The position numbers and the translations under genes are program-made. The notes under the pieces are model-generated. The model searched no databases. It was not told where the DNA came from and saw nothing but the letters and a program-made list of their open reading frames with translations. This document shows, in pieces, positions 27,648 through 36,050 of a stretch of 64,000 bases of DNA (positions within the stretch are counted from its first letter, which is position 1; each line of letters begins with the position of its first letter). The DNA comes from a virus (lineage: Duplodnaviria > Caudoviricetes), in the IMG/VR virus record IMGVR_UViG_2643221942_000002, positions 1,958 through 65,957 of that record, one strand, 5' to 3'.

Positions 27648-29107
27648 TGCCAGTGCAATCGACAAACCCCGACTACGACGCGCACATCGCCGAGTGGGAG
27701 ATGATGGACGACGCGCTCGAGGGTGAGTGCGCCGTCAAGCGCAACGAGCGCAACCTGCCAAAGCCGAGCGGCATGGTCGAAGCTGAGAAGCTCGACGGCG
27801 CGGGCAATAAGTATCTCTACGAGAACTATACGAACCGCGCTCAGTACGAGCATTGGGTGCGCGACTCTCTGCGGTCGATGATGGGGCTTGTTTCTCGACT
27901 CATCCCAGAGATTGAGCTGCCTTCCGGCCTGAGGGGACTCGAGGAGAATGCCACCTCTGACGGCTTCGGCCTAAAGCAACTGTTCTTCCGCATGGTGCGT
28001 CAGGCTATTTCACACGGCCGCGTCCCGCTGGTGGTGAACATCGATGACCGTGGTGAGCCGTACTTCTCGACGTACGCCACGCGCAACGCGATCAACTGGG
28101 ACACGGCTGATCAAGGCGGTCGCCAAGACCTGGTCCTTTCGGTGTTCCGAGAGTTCCGCAAGAAGGGCGGCGACCGCTACAGCCACGACTGCGACACGGT
28201 GTTTCGTGAGTTCTTCATGCAAGACGAGACCTGTTACACCGCTGTGCGGAACGAAGGTGGGGAGATCGTCGAGGAAGAGAAACCCTTGGGCACCACTGGC
28301 ACCGACAACCGACTGGTCAAAGGCCTGTCCTACTTGCCGGTGATCTACTGCGGTTCGACCGACAATTCGCCGGAAGTGGACGAGGTGCCGCTGCTCACAA
28401 TGGCGCGCGCCGCGCTGAAGTCCTATCAGTTGAGCGCTGACTATTTCACTGCCCTACATCAGACCAGCCACCCGCAACCATGGGTGTCTGGCCTCGACGA
28501 TTCTGTAGAGCTGAGCGTGACCGGGCCATCTGCGGCATGGGATCTCGGTCGAGACGGCAAATGTGGCTATCTGGAGTTTCAGGGCGCCGGAATTGAAGCT
28601 GTCCGCAAGGCGATGGACGACCAGAAGAACGCCGCGCTTGAAGCCGGCGCCAAGGTCATGGACATAGGCGGCACAGAGTCGGGCGAGGCGCGTAAAACAC
28701 GTCAGAACGACCAGCACGCCACGTTGCACAGCATTGTCGTCACGGTGGCAGAGGCAGTGGAGCAGGGGTTGCGGTACGCAGCCGAGTGGAAGGGCTACGA
28801 CCCCAAGCAGGTCAAGTTCAAGGTGAGTCCTGAATTTGTGACCCCAGTGGTCGATGCTCAGGTGCTTGCTGAGCTTCTCAAGGGCGTGATGGCTGGCACG
28901 ATCAGCGCCGACACCTATTGGCAGTACCTGACGACCGGAAAGCTGCCGGATCGGCCATACGAAGACGAAGCCGACCTGATTAGCGATGAGCGCGAGTCGG
29001 CCGGCATCAACCTGGATAAAGACGATGCCATCGACAAACCTGGCGCAGGCGGACAGCCAACTGCTGGAGCAGACGACGCGCCACTCGGTAATGCTGGAGC
29101 GGCTTAA
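27647..29107 (+). CDS. Portal protein (DUF4055)
   Basis: Size and position after TerL. Confidence 0.85.
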   Translation: MPVQSTNPDYDAHIAEWEMMDDALEGECAVKRNERNLPKPSGMVEAEKLDGAGNKYLYENYTNRAQYEHWVRDSLRSMMGLVSRLIPEIELPSGLRGLEENATSDGFGLKQLFFRMVRQAISHGRVPLVVNIDDRGEPYFSTYATRNAINWDTADQGGRQDLVLSVFREFRKKGGDRYSHDCDTVFREFFMQDETCYTAVRNEGGEIVEEEKPLGTTGTDNRLVKGLSYLPVIYCGSTDNSPEVDEVPLLTMARAALKSYQLSADYFTALHQTSHPQPWVSGLDDSVELSVTGPSAAWDLGRDGKCGYLEFQGAGIEAVRKAMDDQKNAALEAGAKVMDIGGTESGEARKTRQNDQHATLHSIVVTVAEAVEQGLRYAAEWKGYDPKQVKFKVSPEFVTPVVDAQVLAELLKGVMAGTISADTYWQYLTTGKLPDRPYEDEADLISDERESAGINLDKDDAIDKPGAGGQPTAGADDAPLGNAGAA

Positions 29108-30137
29108 GGCCGGCGAGGTCAAGAAGTTTGAAAAATACCTGCGCCAGATCGACAAGCTTGTGCGGGAGCAACTGACCCGCAAGGAGCTGACCACCTACAG
29201 CCGGGACCGTCTTGAGCAGTTTCTGGCCCGAGTGGACGGCAAACTGCTCGAGATCTACAAAGCCTACGGTGATCTGGTTCAGGCCGATTTGGTCGATATT
29301 GCGCTGTACGAGTCGACCTTTGAGGCCAACAGCCTGAGTAATGCACTGTCCATCGATGCGGTGGTGCCGAGCAACACAGTGATCCGCGCGGCGGTGTTTT
29401 CCTATCCGCTGCAGGTGAAAGGCATCGATGGCGGCAAGCTGCTGAAAAGTTTCGTCAGTGGCTGGACGCGGACTGAGACGATGCGTGTGACGAACACCAT
29501 CAGGCTCGGCTTCGGCCAGGGCCAAACCAACGCCCAGATCATTCAGGCGATTCGCGGTACCGCGGCGCAGAACTTCACGGACGGCGTCCTCGCGGTGAGC
29601 AATCGCAACGCTGCTGCTGTGGTGCAGACGGCAATCCAGCACGTGGCGACCACGGCGCGAATGGAGACGCTGAAGGCCAACAGTGACGTGGTGCTGGGCT
29701 ACCGCTGGGTGTCGACGCTCGACCGCAAGACCTCGCAGCAGTGCAAGGGCCTGGACGGTATGCGCTTCGATTTGGGCAAGGGGCCGTTGCCGCCGGCGCA
29801 CATCAACTGCCGGTCGACCACGGTGCCGACCACCAGGCTCTCGGAGACGTTTGCCAAGGACGCCACGCGCGCTTCGGTGGGCGACAATGGCGGGGCGCAG
29901 GTCGACGCCAGCCTGAACTATTACGAGTGGCTGGCAACGCAGCCGGCGAGCTTTCAGGATCATGCGCTCGGGCCTGTGCGCGCCAGGTTGTTCCGCGATG
30001 GGGGACTGACGCCGGATAAGTTCGCAAAGCTGCAGCTCGACAAGTCGTTCAAGCCGCTGACCCTTGCTCAACTCAAGGATCTTGAGCCTGACATGTTCAG
30101 CCGGGCAGGCGTTACACTCGGCGCTCAATCAGGCTGA
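29025..30137 (+). CDS. Minor capsid / head morphogenesis protein (MuF, SPP1 gp7 family)
   Basis: WVSTLDRKTS..C..LDG; PPAHINCRS. Confidence 0.9.
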   Translation: MPSTNLAQADSQLLEQTTRHSVMLERLKAGEVKKFEKYLRQIDKLVREQLTRKELTTYSRDRLEQFLARVDGKLLEIYKAYGDLVQADLVDIALYESTFEANSLSNALSIDAVVPSNTVIRAAVFSYPLQVKGIDGGKLLKSFVSGWTRTETMRVTNTIRLGFGQGQTNAQIIQAIRGTAAQNFTDGVLAVSNRNAAAVVQTAIQHVATTARMETLKANSDVVLGYRWVSTLDRKTSQQCKGLDGMRFDLGKGPLPPAHINCRSTTVPTTRLSETFAKDATRASVGDNGGAQVDASLNYYEWLATQPASFQDHALGPVRARLFRDGGLTPDKFAKLQLDKSFKPLTLAQLKDLEPDMFSRAGVTLGAQSG

Positions 30138-30145
30138 GCACACCT

Positions 30146-30631
30146 ATGCTTGTCATCGTCGAGGATGGAACAGGGAGGCCAGACGCCAACAGCTTTGTGC
30201 CGTTGGAGAAACTGGTCTTCTACCGAAACTACTACGGCTTCCCGCTCCCTTCTACCGAGAACGAGCAAAGGGCTCTGCTGTTGCGCGCTGCGGCCACCAT
30301 GAATTCCATGGAATGGAAGGGCCGCAAGACGCGAGATGCGCAGGCGATGGCTTGGCCCAGGCGCCAGTGCAAGGTCGGAATGGAAATTCTTTCGGAAACG
30401 TTTGTCCCGTTCGAAATTGAATGGGGTCAGCTCAGGCTGGCAGTAGAGCTTTACGCTGCGGATAACGGGTTCGGCATCCCTGAGCCTGCCTTCGGCACCG
30501 AGAAAGACGGAGAGCGCGTGACGTTGCTCCGGAGCAATCCCGGAGCGATGCTTCGGCCTCCACCGTATGCGCCGAGCAGGACTCAGTTCGCCGACTATCT
30601 GGTCATGCGCGGGCTTTCGATAGTCCAATAA
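30146..30631 (+). CDS. DnaT-like domain protein (head-tail adaptor-like)
   Basis: IVEDGTGRPDANSFV..LLRAA..WKG....Q..AWPR signature. Confidence 0.75.
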   Translation: MLVIVEDGTGRPDANSFVPLEKLVFYRNYYGFPLPSTENEQRALLLRAAATMNSMEWKGRKTRDAQAMAWPRRQCKVGMEILSETFVPFEIEWGQLRLAVELYAADNGFGIPEPAFGTEKDGERVTLLRSNPGAMLRPPPYAPSRTQFADYLVMRGLSIVQ

Positions 30632-30712
30632 ATCAGAACTCACACCAACCGCCCAATGGGCGGTTTTTTTATGCCTGCAAAGCGGGCCGACCAAACCCAA
30701 GGGGTGCACCAA

Positions 30713-31450
30713 GTGGCAGACGAAAACCAGATTGATCTTGAAGACCCGGCAGTACAGACCGCCATTGCTGCTGCTGTTGAGGCTGCGACCCTGGGCCTCA
30801 AGAACAAAAACACCGAGCTGCTTGGCTCGCTCCGGACCACCAAAACTGAGCTGGACGGATTCAAGTCCCAGTTCGAAGGGTTGGATATCGCAGCCGTGAA
30901 AGGTCTGCTGACCAAGGTTGGCCAGGACGAAGAAACCAAGCTCATTGCCGAAGGCAAGCTGGACGAGGTCATCACTCGCCGTACCGAGCGCCTGCGCACC
31001 GATTACGACACCAAGCTGGCTGCCGAGAAGGCTCGCGCCGACAAGGCCGAGCAATTCGCTGCCAAGTACAGCGACAAGGTGCTGGCCGATTCTATTCGCG
31101 CGGCTGCCATCAAGGCCGGCGCGCTCCCTGAGGCTGCCGAGGACATCATCCTGCGCGCCCGGGGCACTTTCAAACTCAGTGAGGACGGCGAGGCGATTGC
31201 CACCGACCGTGACGGCGAGGTCGTTTACGGGAAGGACGGGAAAACTCCGCTGTCGCCGCTCGAATGGGCGGAATCTCTGCGTGAAACAGCAACACACCTG
31301 TGGCCAAGGGCTCAGGGCGCCGGACAGACCGGCGACAACGGTGGCAAGGCCACGAAAAAGTGGGGCGAGTACACGGAAACCGAACGCGCTGCGATCGCCC
31401 GTGACAACCCCGAGCTGTTCAAGAAAATCCAGGCCACCAAAGGAACCTAA
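30713..31450 (+). CDS. Capsid scaffolding protein
   Basis: GLKNKNTELLG coiled coil; precedes the major capsid gene. Confidence 0.8.
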   Translation: MADENQIDLEDPAVQTAIAAAVEAATLGLKNKNTELLGSLRTTKTELDGFKSQFEGLDIAAVKGLLTKVGQDEETKLIAEGKLDEVITRRTERLRTDYDTKLAAEKARADKAEQFAAKYSDKVLADSIRAAAIKAGALPEAAEDIILRARGTFKLSEDGEAIATDRDGEVVYGKDGKTPLSPLEWAESLRETATHLWPRAQGAGQTGDNGGKATKKWGEYTETERAAIARDNPELFKKIQATKGT

Positions 31451-31453
31451 TTC

Positions 31454-32431
31454 ATGGCAACTACCCAACTGACCGACATCTTCGTCGGTGACTACTACGC
31501 CTCGCTGGAGCCGGTAAATAGCCCGGAAAAAACCGCTGTATACGAGTCGGGGATCGTGACCCGCTCGCCTGTCCTGGACGCTATCGCTTCCGGCAGCCAA
31601 GGCACCGCCGAGATTAGCTACTGGCAGGATCTCAATGCTGATGAAGCCCCGAATATCAGCAACGATGATCCGAACGACCAGGGCGAAGTCGGCAAAGTCA
31701 CTCAGGACAGCATGCGTGCTCGCGTCCTGTACCTCAACAAAGGTTATGGCGTGGCCGACCTGACTGCTGAACTGGCGAACAGCGAGCCTCAGCAGCAGAT
31801 CCGCAACCGCTTCGGCACCTACTGGACTCGCCAGTGGCAGCGTTACGCTCTCGGTGCAGCGCGCGGCATCATCGCCTCGAACATTGCCAACAACGGCGGT
31901 GACATGGTCATCGACGCGGGCGCGGCCATCAGCGCGAACGCGTTTCAGGATGCCGCGTTTACCGCCGGCGATGCGGCCGACCAGTTCGGCGCGATCGGCG
32001 TGCACTCGGTGGTGATGAACCAGATGGTCAAGCAGGACCTCATCGAGTATCTGCGCGACTCCGACGGCAAGATCATCCTGGCTACCTACCTGGGTAAGCC
32101 GGTGTTCATGGACGATGGCCTGGTGTACGGCGCTGGCAAGTACCTGTCGGTGTTCTTCGGCCAAGGCGCGTTCGGCTACGGCGAAGGCACGCCGAAGGTG
32201 CCGGTGGAGATCGAGCGCAAACCGGGCGGCGGTAATGGCGGCGGTGCAGAGGTGCTGTGGGAACGGAAGACCTACATCCTCCAGCCTGCTGGCTTCAGCT
32301 GGAAAGGCTCCGAAGCTCAGAACCTCAGCCCGACCGCGACCCAGTATGCCGCTGCTGCGAACTGGGAGCGCGTGTTCAGCCGCAAGCAGGTCCCATTCGC
32401 CGCCGTCATCAGCGGTACCACCACGCCGTAA
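31454..32431 (+). CDS. Major capsid protein
   Basis: 325 aa; position; VHSVV, YLGKPVFMDD, NWERV motifs. Confidence 0.9.
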   Translation: MATTQLTDIFVGDYYASLEPVNSPEKTAVYESGIVTRSPVLDAIASGSQGTAEISYWQDLNADEAPNISNDDPNDQGEVGKVTQDSMRARVLYLNKGYGVADLTAELANSEPQQQIRNRFGTYWTRQWQRYALGAARGIIASNIANNGGDMVIDAGAAISANAFQDAAFTAGDAADQFGAIGVHSVVMNQMVKQDLIEYLRDSDGKIILATYLGKPVFMDDGLVYGAGKYLSVFFGQGAFGYGEGTPKVPVEIERKPGGGNGGGAEVLWERKTYILQPAGFSWKGSEAQNLSPTATQYAAAANWERVFSRKQVPFAAVISGTTTP

Positions 32432-32489
32432 TCCGGCCTTCACTTACCCTGGCGCCTGCAAAGGCGCCGGGCTGCATTTGAGGTGACTC

Positions 32490-32795
32490 ATGAAAGTTAT
32501 CTATACGGACAAACCGGGCAAAGAGCGCGGCGTGTGCTACCGCCTGCTGAGCGAGTTCTTCGGCGTCATTGGCACTGCCACTGAGGTGGTCATCGAGGGC
32601 GATGCGCCTGAAATTTACGATGCGTACGAAGCGGCGGGCATCAAGGTTTCGGACGGCAAGGAGCCAGAAATCGCCGAAACCGACCCTCTGAAGATGAAGG
32701 TGCCGGAGCTGAAAGATTGGCTGACGGCAAAGGGCATCGCCTTCGACCCAGCCGCCAAGAAAGAAGACCTGCAGGCCCTGGTGCCAGCGGAATAA
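32490..32795 (+). CDS. HeH/LEM-domain head protein
   Basis: MKVPELKDWLTAKGIAFDPAAKKEDL. Confidence 0.7.
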   Translation: MKVIYTDKPGKERGVCYRLLSEFFGVIGTATEVVIEGDAPEIYDAYEAAGIKVSDGKEPEIAETDPLKMKVPELKDWLTAKGIAFDPAAKKEDLQALVPAE

Positions 32796-32805
32796 GGACA
32801 AGCAC

Positions 32806-33183
32806 ATGACCGACTTCATCACCGTTGCCGATGTTGACGCTTCGCTGGGTCCTGGCTGGGCCGGCGCCGGTGATCCGGTCCTTGCTGTGACCATGGCCAA
32901 CGCCTGGCTCACGGCCAAGATCAAGCGGGTTGTTCCAGATCCGGTTCCGATCGAGATCAAAACAGCCGGCGCCCAGGTCGCCAAAGAGGCGGCGGCGGGC
33001 AAGTTGTACGCGGCAACTCAGAAGGAAGTGCAGAGCAAGACGGTTTCGGCTCAGTCCGGCACGTCTGTGAGCAAGACCTACGTGGCCGGATCTACTGATC
33101 AGTCGGCGGGTGTGAACTTCGCCTTGGCGCTACTGGAGCCTTGGATCAAGCGCTCCGGCGTGATGATGCTCAAAAGGATCTGA
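32806..33183 (+). CDS. Head-tail adaptor
   Basis: Position; FITVADVD, ALLEPW. Confidence 0.65.
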   Translation: MTDFITVADVDASLGPGWAGAGDPVLAVTMANAWLTAKIKRVVPDPVPIEIKTAGAQVAKEAAAGKLYAATQKEVQSKTVSAQSGTSVSKTYVAGSTDQSAGVNFALALLEPWIKRSGVMMLKRI

Positions 33184-33185
33184 TC

Positions 33186-33578
33186 ATGAGTATGCGCGAA
33201 GAGATTCAGGCCGAAATGGCTGAGGCGTTCGACGATCCTGACGGCCTCGCTGACGCGCTCCAGCCGGTGACCGGTGTGCGTAAGGTCGCGGGCGAGTATG
33301 ACCCCGACCTGGGCGGCGAGACGCCGGAGACCACCATCACTTACATGGGGCGCGGCGTCTTGGGCAGCTACCTGTCCAAGGAAATCGACGGCTCACTGAT
33401 CCAAACCACCGACAAAAAGCTTCTGGTGCTGCAAAACGAGCTGTTCGTGTCAGAGGCCGGTGTGCCGACGGCGGTACCGGCCGAACCCGCCATCGGCGAT
33501 ATCGTCAACGGCATGCGCGTAATGAATGTGTCTGCCGATCCAGCTGACGCGACGTGGACAGCACAACTGAGGAAATGA
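33186..33578 (+). CDS. Head closure protein
   Basis: GEYDP..G, IDGSLIQTTDKK, WTAQLRK. Confidence 0.65.
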   Translation: MSMREEIQAEMAEAFDDPDGLADALQPVTGVRKVAGEYDPDLGGETPETTITYMGRGVLGSYLSKEIDGSLIQTTDKKLLVLQNELFVSEAGVPTAVPAEPAIGDIVNGMRVMNVSADPADATWTAQLRK

Positions 33579-33579
33579 C

Positions 33580-34164
33580 ATGGCCGCTCAATCCGGCAGC
33601 TTCGCCCTGAGCTTGGCCGAGTTCGCGGCGCAGACCAGCGGAGCGATCGATGCCAGTGTGCGCGAGATCATCATCGAAGTCGGCAGCAGCCTGATCCGTA
33701 TGTCTCCCGTTGGCAACCCGGAAATCTGGGCGCAAAACGCTGTGGCGGCCGAGTACAACAAGGCTGTCGACGAACACAATACTGCGCTGCGCAGCGACCC
33801 GGCCAATCTGACGAAGGGTGGCAGGCTCAAGAAAGACCGCAAGCTCAACGATGGCATGGACGTCAAAGCGCCCGAAGGCTACGTCGGCGGCCGGTTCCGT
33901 GCGAACTGGCACATCTCTCTCGGCGTGGTCGAAAGCGTCACCTTTGACGAGGTAGACCCAAGCGGCGCCGAAACCACTGCCGCGCTGGTCGCGGCAATGA
34001 GCGACTTCACCGCTGGCCAGATGGCCTACATCATCAACAATTTGCCCTATGCGATTCCGCTGGAGTTCGGCCATTCGACCCAGGCCCCCGGCGGCATGGT
34101 TCGGGTAACCGTGGCTCGCTTCCAGCAAATCGTGTTGGACGCCATCAGGAACAACCAAGTATGA
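33580..34164 (+). CDS. HK97 gp10 family neck protein
   Basis: SPVG..GRFRANW; NNLPYAIPLEFGHSTQAP. Confidence 0.85.
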   Translation: MAAQSGSFALSLAEFAAQTSGAIDASVREIIIEVGSSLIRMSPVGNPEIWAQNAVAAEYNKAVDEHNTALRSDPANLTKGGRLKKDRKLNDGMDVKAPEGYVGGRFRANWHISLGVVESVTFDEVDPSGAETTAALVAAMSDFTAGQMAYIINNLPYAIPLEFGHSTQAPGGMVRVTVARFQQIVLDAIRNNQV

Positions 34165-34580
34165 GTCACGCCATCATCGCCTCGATCTACGAGGCAAAGC
34201 TGATCGCCTGGAACAATGCAAGGCCGGAGAAGCTGAAAATCGTTTTTGAGAACATGCCCTACACACCCACAGCGGGCGAGACTTACCTGCGGGCGTTCAC
34301 CATTCCGGGCGACACGGCCAGCAACACGCTCGGCGGAGAGCACCGGCTCTATACCGGCGTGTTCCAGGTCAGCATTATTTGCCCGGCAGGCACAGGTAAA
34401 GCAAAAGCCAACCCCATTGCCGCCGAGATCATCGCGTTATTTCCGCTTTATGTGCGCGACGTGAAGAATGGTTTCGTCGTAACGCCCATGACGCCTGTGG
34501 ATGTCGGCCCAGGCATCACAGGCGATTCAACCTACACCGTCCCGCTGTCGTTCTCATACCGGTCTGACACCACGCCATAA
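34161..34580 (+). CDS. Tail terminator-like protein (DUF4128)
   Basis: FEN, YLRA, GVFQVSI..P.GTG. Confidence 0.75.
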   Translation: MSHAIIASIYEAKLIAWNNARPEKLKIVFENMPYTPTAGETYLRAFTIPGDTASNTLGGEHRLYTGVFQVSIICPAGTGKAKANPIAAEIIALFPLYVRDVKNGFVVTPMTPVDVGPGITGDSTYTVPLSFSYRSDTTP

Positions 34581-34648
34581 CCCGCCCGTTGGGCAAATCG
34601 GAACCCGCCTCTGCGCGGGTTTTGTCATTTCTGCAAAGAGGAAAACCC

Positions 34649-35320
34649 ATGTCTGTTTACTTCCCCAACGGGGCGACGCTTTCAATTTCCAGCGGATTCG
34701 CCGCCGCCAAGCTGATTTCGGCAATCAGCAACGCGAACCCGGGTGTAGCTACCAGCGCCGCAAACGGCTTCGCCAATGGCGATATTCTTCTGATCACCTC
34801 CGGCTGGGAGGACATCAACGAGCGCGCCGTGCGTGTATCCAACGCGGCGGCCGGTGCATTCACCCTGGAAGGCATCGACACGTCCAACGTGGCTTTCTTT
34901 CCCGATGGCATCAGTGGCGGTACCGCGAAGAAAGTTACCGGCTGGGTAGCCGTCAACCAGGTTATCGGCAACTCCATGTCCGGAGGTGAGCAGCAATACT
35001 GGACTTACGCCCCTCTCGAGGCGCGCCGCGACAAACAGATCCCGACCACCAAAAATGCGCAGGCGTTCGCTTTCCAACTGGCTGACGATGACAGCCTGGC
35101 CTGGTACGAAGAGCTGGATAAGGCCGATCGAGAGAAGGAGGTGCGCATCTTGCGTATGTCGCTGCCCAACGGCAAAACGATCTACTACGCCGGTTATGCA
35201 TCCTTCAATAAGACCCCAACGCTGGTGCGCAACGAAGGTGCGGCCGTTTCCTTTGGCTTCACCATCAACGCTGAAATCACAGCGTATCGCGCGCCGGTTG
35301 CTGCTGGCGGCGGCGCCTGA
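34649..35320 (+). CDS. Tail tube protein
   Basis: Position; SGGEQQY, QIPT.KN. Confidence 0.8.
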   Translation: MSVYFPNGATLSISSGFAAAKLISAISNANPGVATSAANGFANGDILLITSGWEDINERAVRVSNAAAGAFTLEGIDTSNVAFFPDGISGGTAKKVTGWVAVNQVIGNSMSGGEQQYWTYAPLEARRDKQIPTTKNAQAFAFQLADDDSLAWYEELDKADREKEVRILRMSLPNGKTIYYAGYASFNKTPTLVRNEGAAVSFGFTINAEITAYRAPVAAGGGA

Positions 35321-35322
35321 TC

Positions 35323-35703
35323 ATGGCGAAATTCAAGATTGCGCAAGCGCCAACTTTTCCCGGCGCAGTGATGGTCCCGGTAGTTGGCCAAGACCCAGTG
35401 AAGGTGGAATTCACCTTCAAATATCGAGACCGCATCGAACTTGCCGCGCTGTTCGATGGATGGAATCAGCGACAAAAGCAAAGCCTCGACCAGTTCGGCG
35501 ACAAGCCTACGATGTCTCAAATTGTTGCGGTCGACACCGAAAACCAAATGCAGCAGATCAAGGATCTGGTTGTTGGCTGGGAGTTCGATGACAAGTTCGA
35601 CGACGAGGGCATCAAGGCGCTGGTGACGTCTTGCCACGGTGCAACCGAGGCCGTGGTAAATGCCTACCAGGCGGCCTACGCCAAGGCCCGCACGGGAAAC
35701 TGA
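35323..35703 (+). CDS. Tail assembly chaperone (G-like)
   Basis: Between tube and tape measure; ends in a slippery site. Confidence 0.85.
   Translation: MAKFKIAQAPTFPGAVMVPVVGQDPVKVEFTFKYRDRIELAALFDGWNQRQKQSLDQFGDKPTMSQIVAVDTENQMQQIKDLVVGWEFDDKFDDEGIKALVTSCHGATEAVVNAYQAAYAKARTGN
35694..35700 (+). other. -1 programmed frameshift site G GGA AAC
   Basis: X XXY YYZ in frame just before the stop; the -1 frame is open to 36023. Confidence 0.8.
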
Positions 35704-35720
35704 TTCGCGCCGCCCGCGCC

Positions 35721-36023
35721 ATGTATGAGCCTCCTCCGAATGCGGAGCAACTTGCCGCATTCGGGTTGGACGCTGAGGACATTGAAGAGGAATTCGAGGT
35801 TTGGCCGTGCCTTTGGCCTTCTTTCCTCCTGTTCAACAGGATGTCCACTCAGTGGCGTGTCGGCGCCGGCGGCGCTATCGGTCTCGACTACAACAGTATC
35901 CGCGACGTGGCCGGATTCCTCGGCATCAAGAAAAAGAAACTCGCTGAAATCTTCCCAGACATTCAGGTGCTGGAAGGCGAAGCCCTGCGCGTCATGGCAG
36001 AGGAAAGGGAAAACAGCCCGTAA
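35721..36023 (+). CDS. DUF1799 (T-like frameshift extension)
   Basis: F..MSTQWRVG..G.IGLDY. Confidence 0.8.
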   Translation: MYEPPPNAEQLAAFGLDAEDIEEEFEVWPCLWPSFLLFNRMSTQWRVGAGGAIGLDYNSIRDVAGFLGIKKKKLAEIFPDIQVLEGEALRVMAEERENSP

Positions 36024-36050
36024 ACGCGGGCATCTATTCAAGGTGAGTCG

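Noticed and set aside
30125-32443. 772-aa antisense ORF, and similar long antisense ORFs at 7680, 29007, 39272, 43287 and 58914
   Set aside because: Shadow frames of GC-rich genuine genes; no recognisable motifs
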